This document shows, one piece after another, positions 1-14,740 of a DNA stretch of 64,000 bases. Origin of the DNA: Eledone cirrhosa. Its lineage: Eukaryota. Location of the stretch: NCBI GenBank assembly GCA_964016885.1, contig OZ024751.1:33046001-33110000 (forward strand), written 5' to 3'. Each line of letters opens with the position of its first letter. Position 1 is the stretch's first letter. Under the pieces are notes generated by a model. The model was not told the origin of the DNA, did no database searches, and worked only from the letters and a program-made list of their open reading frames with translations. Both the position numbers and the translations under genes were made by a program.

Positions 1-18
1 AGATAAAAGGGTTTTATC

Positions 19-210
19 CTGGACTATTACGTAAGGATGGTATTTGAAAGAGAAGTGAATCATCACCCTCACAACATTAGAGCATTTCACAAGTCCGCCA
101 TAACCAACATATTATCCAGTATTGATAGATGTTCTCTGATTCAGGCATGCTAACCTTTCAGAACTTGTATTGAATCAGTTATAGAAGCTAACGGGGGATT
201 TATTGAATAC
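19..210 (+). mobile_element. Decayed Tc1/mariner-superfamily transposase, C-terminal fragment (rest lies upstream of the window)
   Basis: Manual translation from 19: LDYYVRMVFEREVNHHPHNIRAFHKSAITNILSSIDRCSLIQAC*PFRTCIESVIEANGGFIEY. This resembles the LDYxxW...FRxRIEAVIEAxGGxIE C-terminus of Tc1/mariner transposases; in-frame stop at 151-153. Confidence 0.8.
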
Positions 211-469
211 ATATCAGAAATATATTGTAAATAAAATATGTACCGATTTGTAACCAAATATAGCATTTCTTTGATGTGTTAAACGTCTTTTTTTATACAG
301 TCTTTAACATTTATTTCCTCGTTATCATCCTTTAACCACATATCTACATATGTACCAGTATTTTATGTTCTTTTATTTCGCTTGCACCGTCTCTATTGTG
401 TTTTCTATATAATTTTATCCTTCTGTTATTACTATCCTTTTACTGACTGTGTAGTGAAATTATAAATAA

Positions 470-491
470 AATATATATGATATATGATATA

Positions 492-553
<62 letters not shown>

Positions 554-816
554 TATATATATATATTTATATATATATTATATATATATATATAATATAT
601 ATATATGATATATATATATATATAATATATATATATAAATATATATATATATGATATATATATATATAAATATATATATATATATGATATATATATATAT
701 GATATATATATATATATATATGATATATATATATATGATATATATATATATATAAATATATATATATATGATATATATATATATATATAATATATATATA
801 TAAATATATATATATA

Positions 817-853
<37 letters not shown>

Positions 854-914
854 TATATATATATGATATATATATATATATATATATGATATATATATAA
901 ATATATATATATAT

Positions 915-945
<31 letters not shown>

Positions 946-1058
946 GTATATATATAAATATATATATATATATGATATATATATATATATATATGATATA
1001 TATATATATATATGATATATATATATGATATATATATATATATAAATATATATATATA

Positions 1059-1116
<58 letters not shown>
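470..1116. repeat. Long interrupted (TA)n microsatellite
   Basis: Directly visible, with TGA and TAA interruptions. Confidence 0.97.
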
Positions 1117-1118
<2 letters not shown>

Positions 1119-1665
1119 CAATATTGCTATCACATATTTCTCGCAGTTATAATGCTCCAAAAGAAACAATATTATATTTCCATCAGATGCTACATTTATA
1201 CCAAATACAATATTTATATAATATTTATCACACACACACACTCACACATACAAACATACATATATATATATATATGTATACACATACAAGGTTTCTACTA
1301 CATACAATAGATATCTATCACATATATTTCTGACTCCTCTCGTAGAGAACTCCGATTTTTAATCTTGTTAACATTATAACTAAAATTTATTACTTCCCAA
1401 AGACTGCGGGTATTTTTGTTAACATTATAACTAAATGATTATTCATGTTTACGTTATAAATACAATTTATTACTTTCAGGTATCTCTGTGTACAAAATGC
1501 AATAAGTTTATTGATATCCCTACTTTAAATTCCAAATATTTCAATATTTTTGCTTCTGTTGAAGTAATTTGAAAATTATTTGCTACCGTAGAAATTACAT
1601 GCTTCAAAGATTTTACAATTTCGATAAATCATGAAGCAAACTTATTATTAGAATATCGAGAGTTG

Positions 1666-1816
<151 letters not shown>

Positions 1817-2027
1817 AGACTTCAAATTTACTGCTGAAACGAAATAAAGAGAAAAGCAACCAATATATAAAAAATACATTTTATTTTTGTTCTTCCTTAA
1901 TACATCAAAGCGACATGTTTATGATGTAGATAAAATAAGTAAGAAAATATTGTTTGAGATAATTCTTGATGAATACTAAGTTTAGTGTTGAAGAAAGAGA
2001 CAAAATGCAAAAGCACACATCTGACTT

Positions 2028-2132
<105 letters not shown>

Positions 2133-3171
2133 AACGGGGGTTTGTTTTACATGAGTTTAATGCTAGAAAGATTTCAGTTTCTGTGGGTTTATTAACCAGT
2201 TCTTACGTGTATCTATTTTCTTCATAACATTTTCTATCGTTAAAATATATATGATGGTCCTCTCGTCTGAATAATGGCCACGCTATCCTTTAGTCGTGTA
2301 AGACAAAATTTGACTAAAGCAAAACTGTTATATATTTCTGTAAGACCCTAACGACGAGTTATCGAATGAAATGTAATATGCATCATTTTTATTTTCATTT
2401 TAACACCACCAGATCACCAAACACTGGTGCTTTGGATTCGCTTCTTCTACCTTTCAAGCAATAAACCGTGTTTATTCCATATCGATTTTCATTTGTCAGG
2501 TTATTTTACAGAGAACTTTTACGTTGTATTGAGGTCTCGGATATCGATACGGAAAACATCTGCATTTTTTGTTTTTCTTTTGTCGTGAACGTGACAGTGA
2601 AATTGTGAAATTATTTACCGCATCAACAGAAAAAGACAAAAAATAACACTAAAGATGTCTTTTTTTCTATGATTTACTCATAAAAAAGGGGCTGGGCATA
2701 TTGCAACTGGTGGGAAGAATGGGGTAAGTTGTACTAATAACAGAAACCTTGCCTGAGGACTTGCAATATAGGAACCTCACATAAATCTAGTCAACGATCA
2801 GCCGGTGGTTTTAAATCTGGTGATGGATAAAGACCATCATTTAAAGTTAATAAACGGGCAGATGAGAACATGGAATAAAATAAAACTGAGCTTCTTTTGT
2901 TATCATATAAATTGACTTAACAGTAACGAAGCACTGTTTCTATATCACAAATGGTACACAACATATTTAGCAGTTTCTAATATTAGATGCTACATCTAAG
3001 GTGCTAGACAACATTAACGACAGTTCATATATCTCAACATATTTTTCCTGATACTCGGCTTTCTCTTAAAGAAGCCTATTGTTCCTTACAATACTTTGAT
3101 TTCGAAACTAAACTTAGTCCAGTCCCAGAATGCCCGAGAAAAAATATGAACTCTGATTGTAGCTGTTAAAA

Positions 3172-3366
3172 TAATAATTGTTTCTACTTTTGGCACAAGG
3201 CCAGCAATTACCCAGTGTATTACTGGTACTTTATTTTATCGACCCCGTAAGGATGAAAGGCAAAGTTAACCTTGGCGGGTTTTGAACTCAGATTGGAAAG
3301 GGCCGTAACTCTATGCGTCAAAGCATGGCGTCCGACCCTCTACCGATACTGACAATCCAGCGCCCT
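3172..3366 (-). mobile_element. Near full-length tRNA-derived SINE (family A, young subfamily) with target-site duplication
   Basis: Minus strand has a B-box-like GAGTTCAAAACC, a central TTGCCTTTCATCCTTACGGGGTCGATAAAATAAAGTACCAG domain and a GGCCTTGTGCCAAAAGTAGAAACAATTATT tail. AGCTGTTAAAA flanks it at 3161-3171 and 3377-3387. Near-identical copies occur at 15998, 29222 and 38345. Confidence 0.85.
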
Positions 3367-6260
3367 TAAAACGTCCAGCTGTTAAAAAAATAATCTTAAC
3401 AAACAAGGATAGGATTTAAGATAACACTTAGAGGTGATTGGATACCATTAAATAAGAAGCTGTGGCGAAGCAAAATATTTGTGCAAAGGAGGGTTGGAGC
3501 ATAGTGAATACATTTAGGATAATAAATACATACATATAAACTTTTAAGCAAAGGAACAAATTTAGGGTAATTTCACGTCACGTAAATAAATGTAGTGTAA
3601 TATAAAATATAGGAAGATTGGGAGAGAATGTGAAATATTTTAAAAGGAATGGAATGAAATATTTCCATCTTATGTCAGCTTTTTTTAATTTAGAAACTAT
3701 TATTGCCTATATATAACAGGGATTTCTTAAGGTAAGCCGATGTATGAAATGATTGCGACTCTCCAACGACGCGCATGTCCGCCATCAGGATATTAAAATT
3801 GCAGGGGAAATTTATTTTCGCAAATTAAAGGCATTTACTTTCTCTACTGTAAATTACTTTTCGATCTCCCACGCTTTGTGGAATAAAATGAATTTCCATG
3901 TGAATATATTACTTTTGCTTCAGGCACATGGAAAATCAAAATGGCAGGTTATGGAAATATGTTACTGGATGGCACAGCAAAGAAATGCCAACAAAACGGT
4001 ATTTTGTCATTATCTGCAGGCTATCAACTTTGAAACAATCTAACAATTTTGGTTAGTTTTGTGTTTTTAATGAAATGAGGATTGCGCAGATTCAGTTTAA
4101 AAAATGAAAAAGAATCAAAGAAATGAACGAAGAAAATCGGTTTTGCATCTAGATGATTAGAATAAAAATGTTAAAAAAAACTTACATGTTTCATATGATA
4201 AGTATTAAATGAAGAATCTAAGTCAACGTTATTATAGAATTTCAGGGATTTTCATTCGCATATATATTTTAAACGATAATTTCACTGATTTAGCTTTGTT
4301 TTCTTTTGTTTCTATAATATGTATGAAAGCTATTGAACTCGGGAATCCTACTTAAGCACCGTTAAAACTGGTATCAAGTCAGCAGCAATTTAGCATAGAA
4401 TGTATTTGGACGCAAAGTAATCTGAATAAGGATTTTCGATTTGGGAACAATACCCTTTTATATTTATTTTTTTAAATCCCTTGGGTAACGGAGTTCTTTG
4501 CAGATATATTTTCGCAATACGAATATGGAGAAGGAAAATAAAAATAAAAATAAAAATAAGAAGAGATAAACAGAAGCTTTTCAAAAAGAAATGATCACAA
4601 ACATTACAAGTGAATAAAGAAAAGGAGAAGAAAAGAACTGAGCAAGCCCGAAAGGAGAAGAAAAAAAACATGTAATGAAAATTGCTGTGATTCAACTGCA
4701 TGTCATTTTACTGGGCTGAAACAGAAAAAATGGAAATCGGGAAAATGATTCAGTAAACTGCAACAAGATGAAGGCAATTCAAAAATTATGGAAATTATTT
4801 CTGATTTCGATGAGAAGAGAAAATGAAGAAAAGGCTAAGATAAATGCAGAAAACGATTGAAATCTTTTATTTATGAAGATAAAAATCAGGTGTAATAAAA
4901 TCAAAATCAAGCATTTATTTAAGCAAACATTACAAAAATAAAATACTTCTCATCTTCAAGCGTATTTTACAATAATATTCTACAAAGGCTGATATGCAAT
5001 TCAAAGATAGCATTTTATAAATGCATTTCATCAATATGGGGCTTTAATTTACATTTGTAAGTAAATATGATATTCACTGATAATCTCAAAAGTAGATTTT
5101 TTAAAAATTATAATTAATATTGAACTGTTGGTTAGTCATTTGAAAGGGTTAGCATTCTGGTACACAAGCTGCACAAATGATTCGAGATTTTGTTTTAACT
5201 GAGACGTGAGCAATAAGAAAGAATTATATGAATTTAGAACCCCAACATCTTTTAGCGAGCTTCCTATATAGTGTAATATGTATTGTTAATGACCAAGTTA
5301 TGGCCTACAAGTACTTAACATAAGTTCGAAAGTAATCTTTGAATTCTAAAACAATTTTCTGTATTTATTTTTTCTTTTGTCAAATCACCATATTTCTGAT
5401 GTAACAAAATGTTGAAGGATCAGCGTCAACGCCAAGTCTATATGTCACACGATGTAATGGTTCGTATGGATAAATCTGTCCGATGGGATGCTCTACGAAT
5501 TCTCTCTGTTAACTATAAATTTATAAAATATAGTAAGTAGAATGAAGATAGCTATTTTCTTCGTATCTATTCTCCCCGATATTTGCTACAACTAACAACT
5601 AACTGATCAGGAAACGGCGACAAAATTATTACAATTACTCAGAATTTCATGTTTTTATGAATGGATTTACACCATATACTGTATTGAAACAACCTTGACC
5701 TTTTTCATTCGTTTCAATATGGTTGACCTTTACTGTTATAATATTTAACACGTCTGACCTTTATAGTTATTTTTGACTTAGCTGGACTTGTTTACAAATA
5801 AGTAGTGAAAAACTTTACGCAAAAAACTCTATTCAGAACGTGAAGAATAAATATTTATTTAGATCACGTCTTACCATGATAGTTGTTCATTCGGTCGACA
5901 TTTGTGTAGTTCATGTCTCTGTGTGATCAGTAACATTCATGTTAGGATATAAACTGGGATTCCAGCATTCATCTGCTTCTTTTCCTGACGACATTAAACA
6001 TGTCAGTGAAACAAACTGAAATATTCAGGGAATCGAAACTGACTTATTTCCTGTCTTTACTGATTATTTACTTATTACTGTGAGGTTTATTATTCACTGT
6101 ATAACTCTAGCTCTTGTTTCAGTAAATCTATAATAAAATACATTCAATCTCATCGTATATTCTATCATAGTGTATCTAGGAAAACATTATCACTGTAGTC
6201 TTCCCAATGTAAAGATGGAAGGGTCTTATCTGAGGTTTAAAATGTTGGTGCCATTATCTG

Positions 6261-6592
6261 CTAGTTGGTCAGCAGGGAGATCTCATGAAATCCAGCAATT
6301 TGATGGTCATTAAAAATCTCTCCCATTCCATATATTGTGGATAATTTAGTCATGCTGATTACATGTATCTTTGCTTTTATTTTTATCAAGAGACACCACT
6401 TGTTCTTGACTCTATTTGTCATGGCCAGTGTCTGCTGTTGTCCCAGCATACGATAGTAATCCTGAGTATATAATGATACATATATTGTAGCCAAGCTGGA
6501 GGACTCTCCAGCAGTGAGGCTCACCAGCCTCCTCTGCACCGGCGGAATCTGGTCTGTCTGCCGCAGACAGCGAAACAGTTCAACCATTTCAA
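6261..6592 (-). mobile_element. Possible highly decayed non-LTR retrotransposon (LINE) C-terminal remnant
   Basis: Higher-GC unique sequence. Minus-strand translation ELFRCLRQTDQIPPVQRRLV only weakly resembles the LxxxGHxxR LINE motif seen clearly at 62588-62847. Confidence 0.25.
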
Positions 6593-6996
6593 TTTGAGCT
6601 ACCTTCGTTTGAGCTATCTTCGTTTGAGCTACCTTCGTTTGAGCTACCTTCGTTTGAGCTATCTTCGTTTGAGCTACCTTCGTTTGAGCTACCTTCGTTT
6701 GAGCTACCTTCGTTTGAGCTATTTTCGTTTGAGCTACCTTCGTTTGAGCTACCTTCGTTTGAGCTATTTTCGTTTGAGCTACCTTCGTTTGAGCTACCTT
6801 CGTTTGAGCTACCTTCGTTTGAGCTACCTTCGTTTGAGCTATTTTCGTTTGAGCTACCTTCGTTTGAGCTATCTTCGTTTGAGCTATCTTCGTTTGAGCT
6901 ACCTTCGTTTGAGCTACCTTCGTTTGAGCTATTTTCGTTTGAGCTACCTTCGTTTGAGCTACCTTCGTTTGAGCTACCTTCGCTTGAGCTACCTTC
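6593..6996. repeat. 15-bp minisatellite, 27 copies of TTTGAGCTA(CC/TC/TT)TTCG
   Basis: Exact 15-bp period counted from 6593 to the last unit at 6983; explains the three repetitive ORFs here. Confidence 0.97.
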
Positions 6997-7174
6997 AAAG
7001 GCCTCTCCACATACAATGATCCCCCGCCCAAAATTAAGTTCGTTGACGAAGAACATCGGAGTCAGTATTATTGAAGAAGTGAATAAATTCTTCCTGGCTG
7101 TCTCTCGAAATCACAGAAAATGAATAAAGAAACCCTTCATTGCGAACAAGAAGGATTCTATATGGGTTCTTTGA

Positions 7175-7385
7175 TTTGCTAAATATAGCAGCCATATATT
7201 ACTCATATCACACCTTATCATCTTTAAAAAATAAAAAGTCACATTGGATACTATACTCCCAGGTATATTAGGTCTATAAACAAGTAGAAAGTATAGTCAT
7301 AGCTGGAATGCTTTTGATCATACATGTACTCGTTTATCTCTAAACAACACCTTTAACAACAGTAACAACAACAACAACAACAACA
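7175..7385 (+). repeat. Dispersed repeat family B, diverged copy
   Basis: Motifs AAATA(TA)GCAGCCA...GTCATAGCTGGAATGCTTTTGATCATA...(AAC)n recur at about 39020-39235 (minus), 55330-55505 (plus) and 57370-57430 (minus). Confidence 0.55.
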
Positions 7386-8119
7386 TAAAGCTAATTCAAA
7401 TATAAATCTGATATTACTGGGATGATGTACTGATATCCTAGTGGGATGTAATTAGCTTAGTACTACCTTATATATTTATATATGTGAGTGTGACAATTGT
7501 GTGAGGTCCACGCCGAAAGAGATCATTGTTGATTTGTAGGAAATAGTATGAGAGGTTAGTGGATGCAACCCGGGGTCAAACATTAATTGATGTAACATTC
7601 TCTCTGACTCAGCAGAGACTTCTGTCGTAATAGAAACTGACGAATGGCTTGTTTGTTCGAAGGTAGACTGAAAGCATGTATACATTCTTCGTGTTTGTGG
7701 ACATTTGTCTAATGCATTCTCAAATCCTATGAAATAGGAAAGTTTCTTATAGAATTTCTCGAAAATTACGACAACTATCTTTATTATAATTCAACAAATT
7801 ATATTATCTTCATTGACATGGTATACACAACATTCTTTATAATGCGCAATAGTTGTGACGTAAGGGTCAAGTTACGTAGAGATTATGGCAGTATTATAGA
7901 GTAGCTAGAGCTGAATTGATAAATTATTGGCTTATATCTTCAATATTTGTACTTCAATGCTGCAATAGCATTGTTAACAGGTAAAGCATTTATATGTATT
8001 TACCTTGTTATCATATTCTCGTTTCATCTATGATATTAGCTAGGACAATAAGTTCTGGCGTTGAATATGTAGTTTCATCTTCTCTACTAATAATTTATCG
8101 ACGTCAGCCACTAAGCCTG

Positions 8120-8281
8120 TAATAGTAGAGTGTCACACCACCAGTTCAAGTGTCAGTGGTTCATATCCTGTCTCTGTAAATAGTAAAATAGTAGTGTCAT
8201 CCCACCAGCTCAAGTGTCAGTGGTTTATATCCTGTCTCTGGCACTAGCAGAATGTCAGACCCCAGCTCAAGGGTTCGTGGT
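8120..8281 (+). repeat. Three tandem ~60-bp tRNA-like (SINE-head-like) units
   Basis: TAGTAGAGTGTCA...CCAG(T/C)TCAAG...GTGGTT(C/T)ATATCCTGTCTCTG occurs twice, followed by a truncated third copy; contains a B-box-like GGTTCATATCC. Confidence 0.6.
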
Positions 8282-8358
8282 ATATATATACTATCACACG
8301 CATTGAATTCTGAACGTTTCAACGTACGAAAGTAATGAATCTAGGGGAAAAAAACGAA

Positions 8359-8523
8359 AGAATACAAGCGGCCGAAATGGGGCCCCTCGGAAGGGATTTT
8401 GGAGTAACGTTATTCGATAGAGTGTGTAGCTCGTAGATAAGAAAGTCACTCCAGGTAGAGCTGCTACTTCTCTGAACTGAGAGATCACAGCTCCGATACT
8501 ATGGGCATGTGGTTAGAATGTCG
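8359..8523 (+). mobile_element. RTE-clade LINE fragment (post-RT C-terminal region), pseudogenised
   Basis: Manual translation RIQAAEMGPLGRDFGVTLFDRVCSS*IRKSLQVELLLL*TERSQLRYYGHVVRMS carries the RTE-type AAEMxFLRR...RSQLRWxGHVxRM motif; two in-frame stops. Confidence 0.85.
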
Positions 8524-8913
8524 AAGAAGACAGCACACGAAGATTCACAAAATTTCGCTAATATTAGAGAACTGGGTTCAGTTTCTCTAGTGGGTGAAAA
8601 CAAACCACGAATGTATTCTTCTAAGTTCTCTCTATAACACTGAAGAGACAGAGGCTGCTAACTATGCCTCGCTGAAATATATTTGCTAACGCCAGACTCA
8701 CAACATTAATCTATGTCACAGTAGAATTTTTAATTAATTCAAATATTTTAGAATCCTGAGTGTTTTTTCTTCTTTCCATCTTTCCTTGAATAAATCATTA
8801 GCCTTATGGTTTACCTCCTTCCTACATTTGCTTCGCTTATTACATTAGGTATATTTGTACCGGAACAATAGTGAAAGGCGTTTACACTACCGAAGTAACG
8901 ATTCTGCCCAGTC

Positions 8914-9493
<580 letters not shown>

Positions 9494-10009
9494 CAGAATT
9501 AATCGGTTATATATATCATATGCGAACAACGACAAAATCGATAGCTACTATAATATCTACTAGGAACTATAATTGTCACCAGACAGGAAATAATAACTGT
9601 CATGAAGCATATAAAATAGTAATTGCAATCACCGAATGTCAGATGGTAATTGGAAATTGCTACAATGAATTGTAACAGCAATTAATATTCTAAAATAGCA
9701 TTAGGAAGCTCATAATTTTGAGATCATACCATATTGTGTGACATGCTAATTACAGCTAATAATAACATGAACATTTTATTACAGGTAGGATTATAAAAAT
9801 AATAAGTTTACTTTCAGTTCAGGATATCTAATTAGAGTTCTGGAGGTGGGCAGAAAGGATTGGCTGTGAAATAAAGAACAGATTTTAATGTAAAGTATTT
9901 AGAGTTCTAATTGAGGTGGTGTTACGTTTCTACAGCTTCTCGCTTATGTCATATGAAAACACTTGTTTGCACATATAATGATTTCTAATTTAATTAGAAG
10001 TGGAATAAT

Positions 10010-10380
10010 GTTTAGGGAAGGAAAAGTCCTCACTACTTTACTGGTACTTTATTTTATCGACCCCGTGAAGAATAAATGTAAAGCTAACCTCTCTTATTTG
10101 AACTCAGGACGTAAATGGACGCAACAATATGCCGCAAAACATGTTGTCCGATGCTCTACCGATACTGACAATCCACTGCTTTTTCTTTTTCCTGTTTATG
10201 GCTTTTTTTTAAGTAGAAACCCCACAACTAATAGGGAAGGGGAGGTCAATTATATCGAACCCAAGAAGTAAGAAAAGCAAAAGTGACCTTGGTGGGATTT
10301 GAACTCTGAAAGTAAAGGGCCCCAAGTAAATATTGTAAAACATTTTGTCTGATGCTCTAATGATTCTGTCAATCCACCAA
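10010..10380 (-). mobile_element. Two adjacent older SINE family A copies (about 10010-10180 and 10230-10380)
   Basis: ACTGGTACTTTATTTTATCGACCCC and TTTGAACTC...GATGCTCTA motifs shared with the 3172 copy. Confidence 0.75.
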
Positions 10381-11246
10381 CCTCTCTATGCGCTAATAAT
10401 AACAGCCGGATTCACTCAAATCCCACCGTACGACAACAAAATCCAATGACAGACTAGTCACTGTAGCGATACAAAATTAAAAGGATATTAAGGTATAAGG
10501 TAAAGTAAATTTCAGAATTTTTAAATTATTTATTCTGATGGAGGACTCAACATCTTCACCATATCATAAGAGTTGGTATTGTTTAGCCTCGTGTCTCTCA
10601 TAATTTAGTAATTAAATGCTTAAAATAATTCCAGCCACAACAATCTCACGTTTCTTGCAACCCTAAGTGTAGCTCGGACTACAAGCTACATAATTTCTCG
10701 GTTGTTTAAAGCATTTTAAAATCATTTCAAGAAGTATGGTAGAAACGTCCAGAAATGCTTTTTTTGTCAGTTTGATTAGAACTCTTTACAACTATGTAGG
10801 GATATATAGTATATTGTACTGGAGTGTGTATATATATAGAGAGATAGATATAGATATAGATATATAGATATATAGCTACCCGGACAGACAAACATGGCAG
10901 ATAGATATAGACTGATATATACATAGATAGATAGATAAAGTTTACTTTGCCAAAAGATATGATGCGATATGGAGATACGATCCGTTGACCTTTCTGGTAG
11001 TAGTAAAGACAGATTACCATTTCGGCCACCTGCGACACATTGCTTTTCTTACTAGTAATATGAATAACTCAATATTGTGTTTCCAACACAATACACCATA
11101 GTCAATTGAAAATCTATATTAATTTTTTGGTTTGTTTATATATTTCGTTTGTGTCGTTTTTCCAAAATATGTTTTCTACAATATATTTTCGACACTTCAC
11201 CTTTTACTATATTGAAGAAAAAAAAAAAAAAAAATATATAAAATAA

Positions 11247-11292
<46 letters not shown>

Positions 11293-11532
11293 AAAAGAAA
11301 GCGAACGCTGGAATTTGAGGTGAATTTTTACGACTAACTTCCAATATATTCTAAGTAGTCAGTCGTTAAAACATTGCTGGCAGGCATCAATGATTGCATT
11401 TATTTCGCGACAAAAGTCCATGGAGCGTTCCATTGGCAATATTAAATTCTAAGTTGAGTAACAACAACTGATATTAAATATTTTTCACGATCATACACTC
11501 CTAAACGAAGTCATAAGTCTTGCTTCCTCTAC

Positions 11533-11636
<104 letters not shown>

Positions 11637-11969
11637 CAGAGAAAGAGAGATAAAAAAATGATCTGAATTAATATACATGTGTTCAGACAATATGAAGTTG
11701 CATATTGCAATGTTTTTCCTATCTTGTTTATATAAAGTGTTCAATTTTTCGTGTTATTTCTATGTTTTCATGTAGAATTGCATATAAGAATTCATCATTC
11801 ACGCGTTTTACAGATGGATTATGGTTACATAAAGCGAGAATAATTTACTAGAAAGACGAAATAATCAAGTGACATGTAAATGAACTAGTGCTGTGATAAA
11901 GGAGTCGTCGATTGCTCTTAAGAAATAATCGCAAAAGCACACACTAACACACAGAAACACACACAAAGA

Positions 11970-12390
<421 letters not shown>

Positions 12391-12984
12391 TTCTATGAAA
12401 GTATATTATTGGTTTTTGGTTCGAAAGCTTTCTTCTATTGATATGAATAATGGAAACTGTTGAAGAATTTGGATGACCGACCAGGCATTTCCATCTTTCA
12501 GATGGATACATATTGTAGCATTATAGTGAAAATTAATTCACACAAACCAACAATATTACTTGATCTATTCAGCGTATGGTAAAATATTTTTTTCCTTTTT
12601 CATATCAAATATAAATTCGGTGTTGAGTGTATTATATTTCTTATTATGAAAATAAATGAAGATTGGACGTGATAGACATATACGAAGCCTGACTACAAGC
12701 TGAGTTCAGATAGTATTGTGATATGCTTGTAGTAAATTAAATAAAGTACCAGTTGTGTACTATTGATTGGTATAATCACTGCTAAACTCTTTCATAAATA
12801 TCTGGCTTTGTGTGTATGTAATCTATATATATGAAGAAATTATTGAAGTCCAGCTCTAGATGAACCCAATTAAACAGATAAATGCTCAAATGCAGTCCAG
12901 TTATTCTTTCAAAATGACGTCATTATTTCAGACTGTAGTATGAGGTTTAATAAATTAGACTAAATTAATATATTTGCCATAGTA

Positions 12985-13330
12985 CGAGGGTTGGCTTAAA
13001 TCGTATTAGTTTGACTATGAATGAGTGTTTCTAGACCAGTGAAATCTTGCATATATTAATTTCAAATAATAACTGCATTGTTTCTTTCGAGATCATGTTG
13101 AAAAATATACCTAATTTGGTCAATCCATGAGAGTATCTTGGTCAGACTATGAAGGATTGATGTTAGAGTTGTGAAATGTTGCATATAATAATTTCAATTC
13201 TTTTTATTAATAACAGTATTGTTTCTTTCTAGAGATCATATTAAAAAATATATCTCATTTGGTAATTTCATGAGAGTATCTTTGTCAGCCTATGAACCTT
13301 TTAGTCTCTTATCTTTTTAGCCAACTCTTG
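12985..13330. mobile_element. Mariner-type MITE with an internal ~100-bp duplication
   Basis: TA|CGAGGGTTGGCTTAAA at the left end and TTTTTAGCCAACTCTTG|TA at the right end form imperfect TIRs. Internal direct repeat at about 13068-13175 and 13208-13297. Confidence 0.7.
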
Positions 13331-13897
13331 TATTACTTCCAGCTGATTGCCTGCTGACGTAGAGGATTCCTCGTTCTCTCTGTAGGAAAATATAATTGAT
13401 GTTAGCGACTTTCTTGTAACGGGACTGCGTTGGACTTGATCTACTCTAGTATTAACTCCACACTGAGGTTAAATACTGGCGGGATTCCATTTATTTTCTA
13501 TTTTCCTGGGGGTGTATGATGGGTCATCTATATTGGGTAAAATAAGTTTCATGTGGCATCTTTCTACAAATGGTAAAACTTTATCCAAGTAGAATAATAT
13601 ATTTTTTCGAGAAGATTCCAACAAGTTTATATAATGTTTCAGATTTCTTCTATGACTAGATCGGGAATTCTGTATAGTATAAATATATTGTTCACTAATA
13701 ATTTCTTATCTAGCTTTGTGGCATCTGAGGTAGTGTGTGACAATCCTCCTTGTTGTATGTAGATGGTGATTCTACGAGGGATTTCTGTACTTGTAGGGCC
13801 ATAAATATATATACATATTCGACATACATATGCATGCCTACACACAGAGACATATATATTTTTATATACATACATATATACATACATATATACATAC

Positions 13898-13991
<94 letters not shown>

Positions 13992-14582
13992 ATATATGTA
14001 TGTATATATGAATATGTACGGACATCTGCGAAGATAGCATTGTTGTGTAGTTTGATTAGATTTACAACTGGATGCTTAGAATATTGTAACGGAAGGAACG
14101 CGACATTTCAATAATTCAATAAATTAAACAATGAACGGAAAGATCCTCCTGTAGGTAAAACACAATAAAATTCCTGTGAAATTTCGACGAGTGTGGAGAA
14201 AAATGAAACAAAACGCTTGTTTAGTTGGAATTAATGAACAGAAGACAATTTGTTGAATATTCTAGAAAGGGAGAAACAATTATAGAAAGGGAGAGAGAAA
14301 TACTATTTCGAATAGAAAAATATATTTAAAAAAAAAACAACTAAACATATAAAATAGGGTGAAATCTTTCATTGAAGAGATAAATAAATAAAATGAATAA
14401 TAATAAAAGGAAAATGAAATATAATTTTAAATAGCTATTTGAAAATGTTCTATTGATTTTTCTAGGAAGAAATACTCCTTTTGAAATTTCGCCTTTTGTA
14501 TTATTAGTATCATTGTTGTTGTTGTTGTTGATAATGTTCCTCTTCTTATGCTATATCATCATCATCATCTTTTTCTTCTTCT

Positions 14583-14622
14583 AATTATTATTATTATTAT
14601 TATTATTATTATTTGAAGCAGC

Positions 14623-14675
<53 letters not shown>

Positions 14676-14740
14676 CAGCAGCAGCAGTAGTAGTAGTAGT
14701 AGTAGTAGCAGTAGTAGTAGCAGTAGTAGTAGTAGTAGTA
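14583..14740. repeat. (ATT)n and (GTA)n/(GCA)n trinucleotide repeats
   Basis: Directly visible. Confidence 0.95.

Noticed and set aside
6593-6996. CRISPR-like array
   Set aside because: Units are contiguous 15-mers with no unique spacers, there are no cas genes, and the context is eukaryotic.
8120-8243. Functional tRNA genes
   Set aside because: Units are too short and I could not fold a full cloverleaf; SINE-like remnants only.
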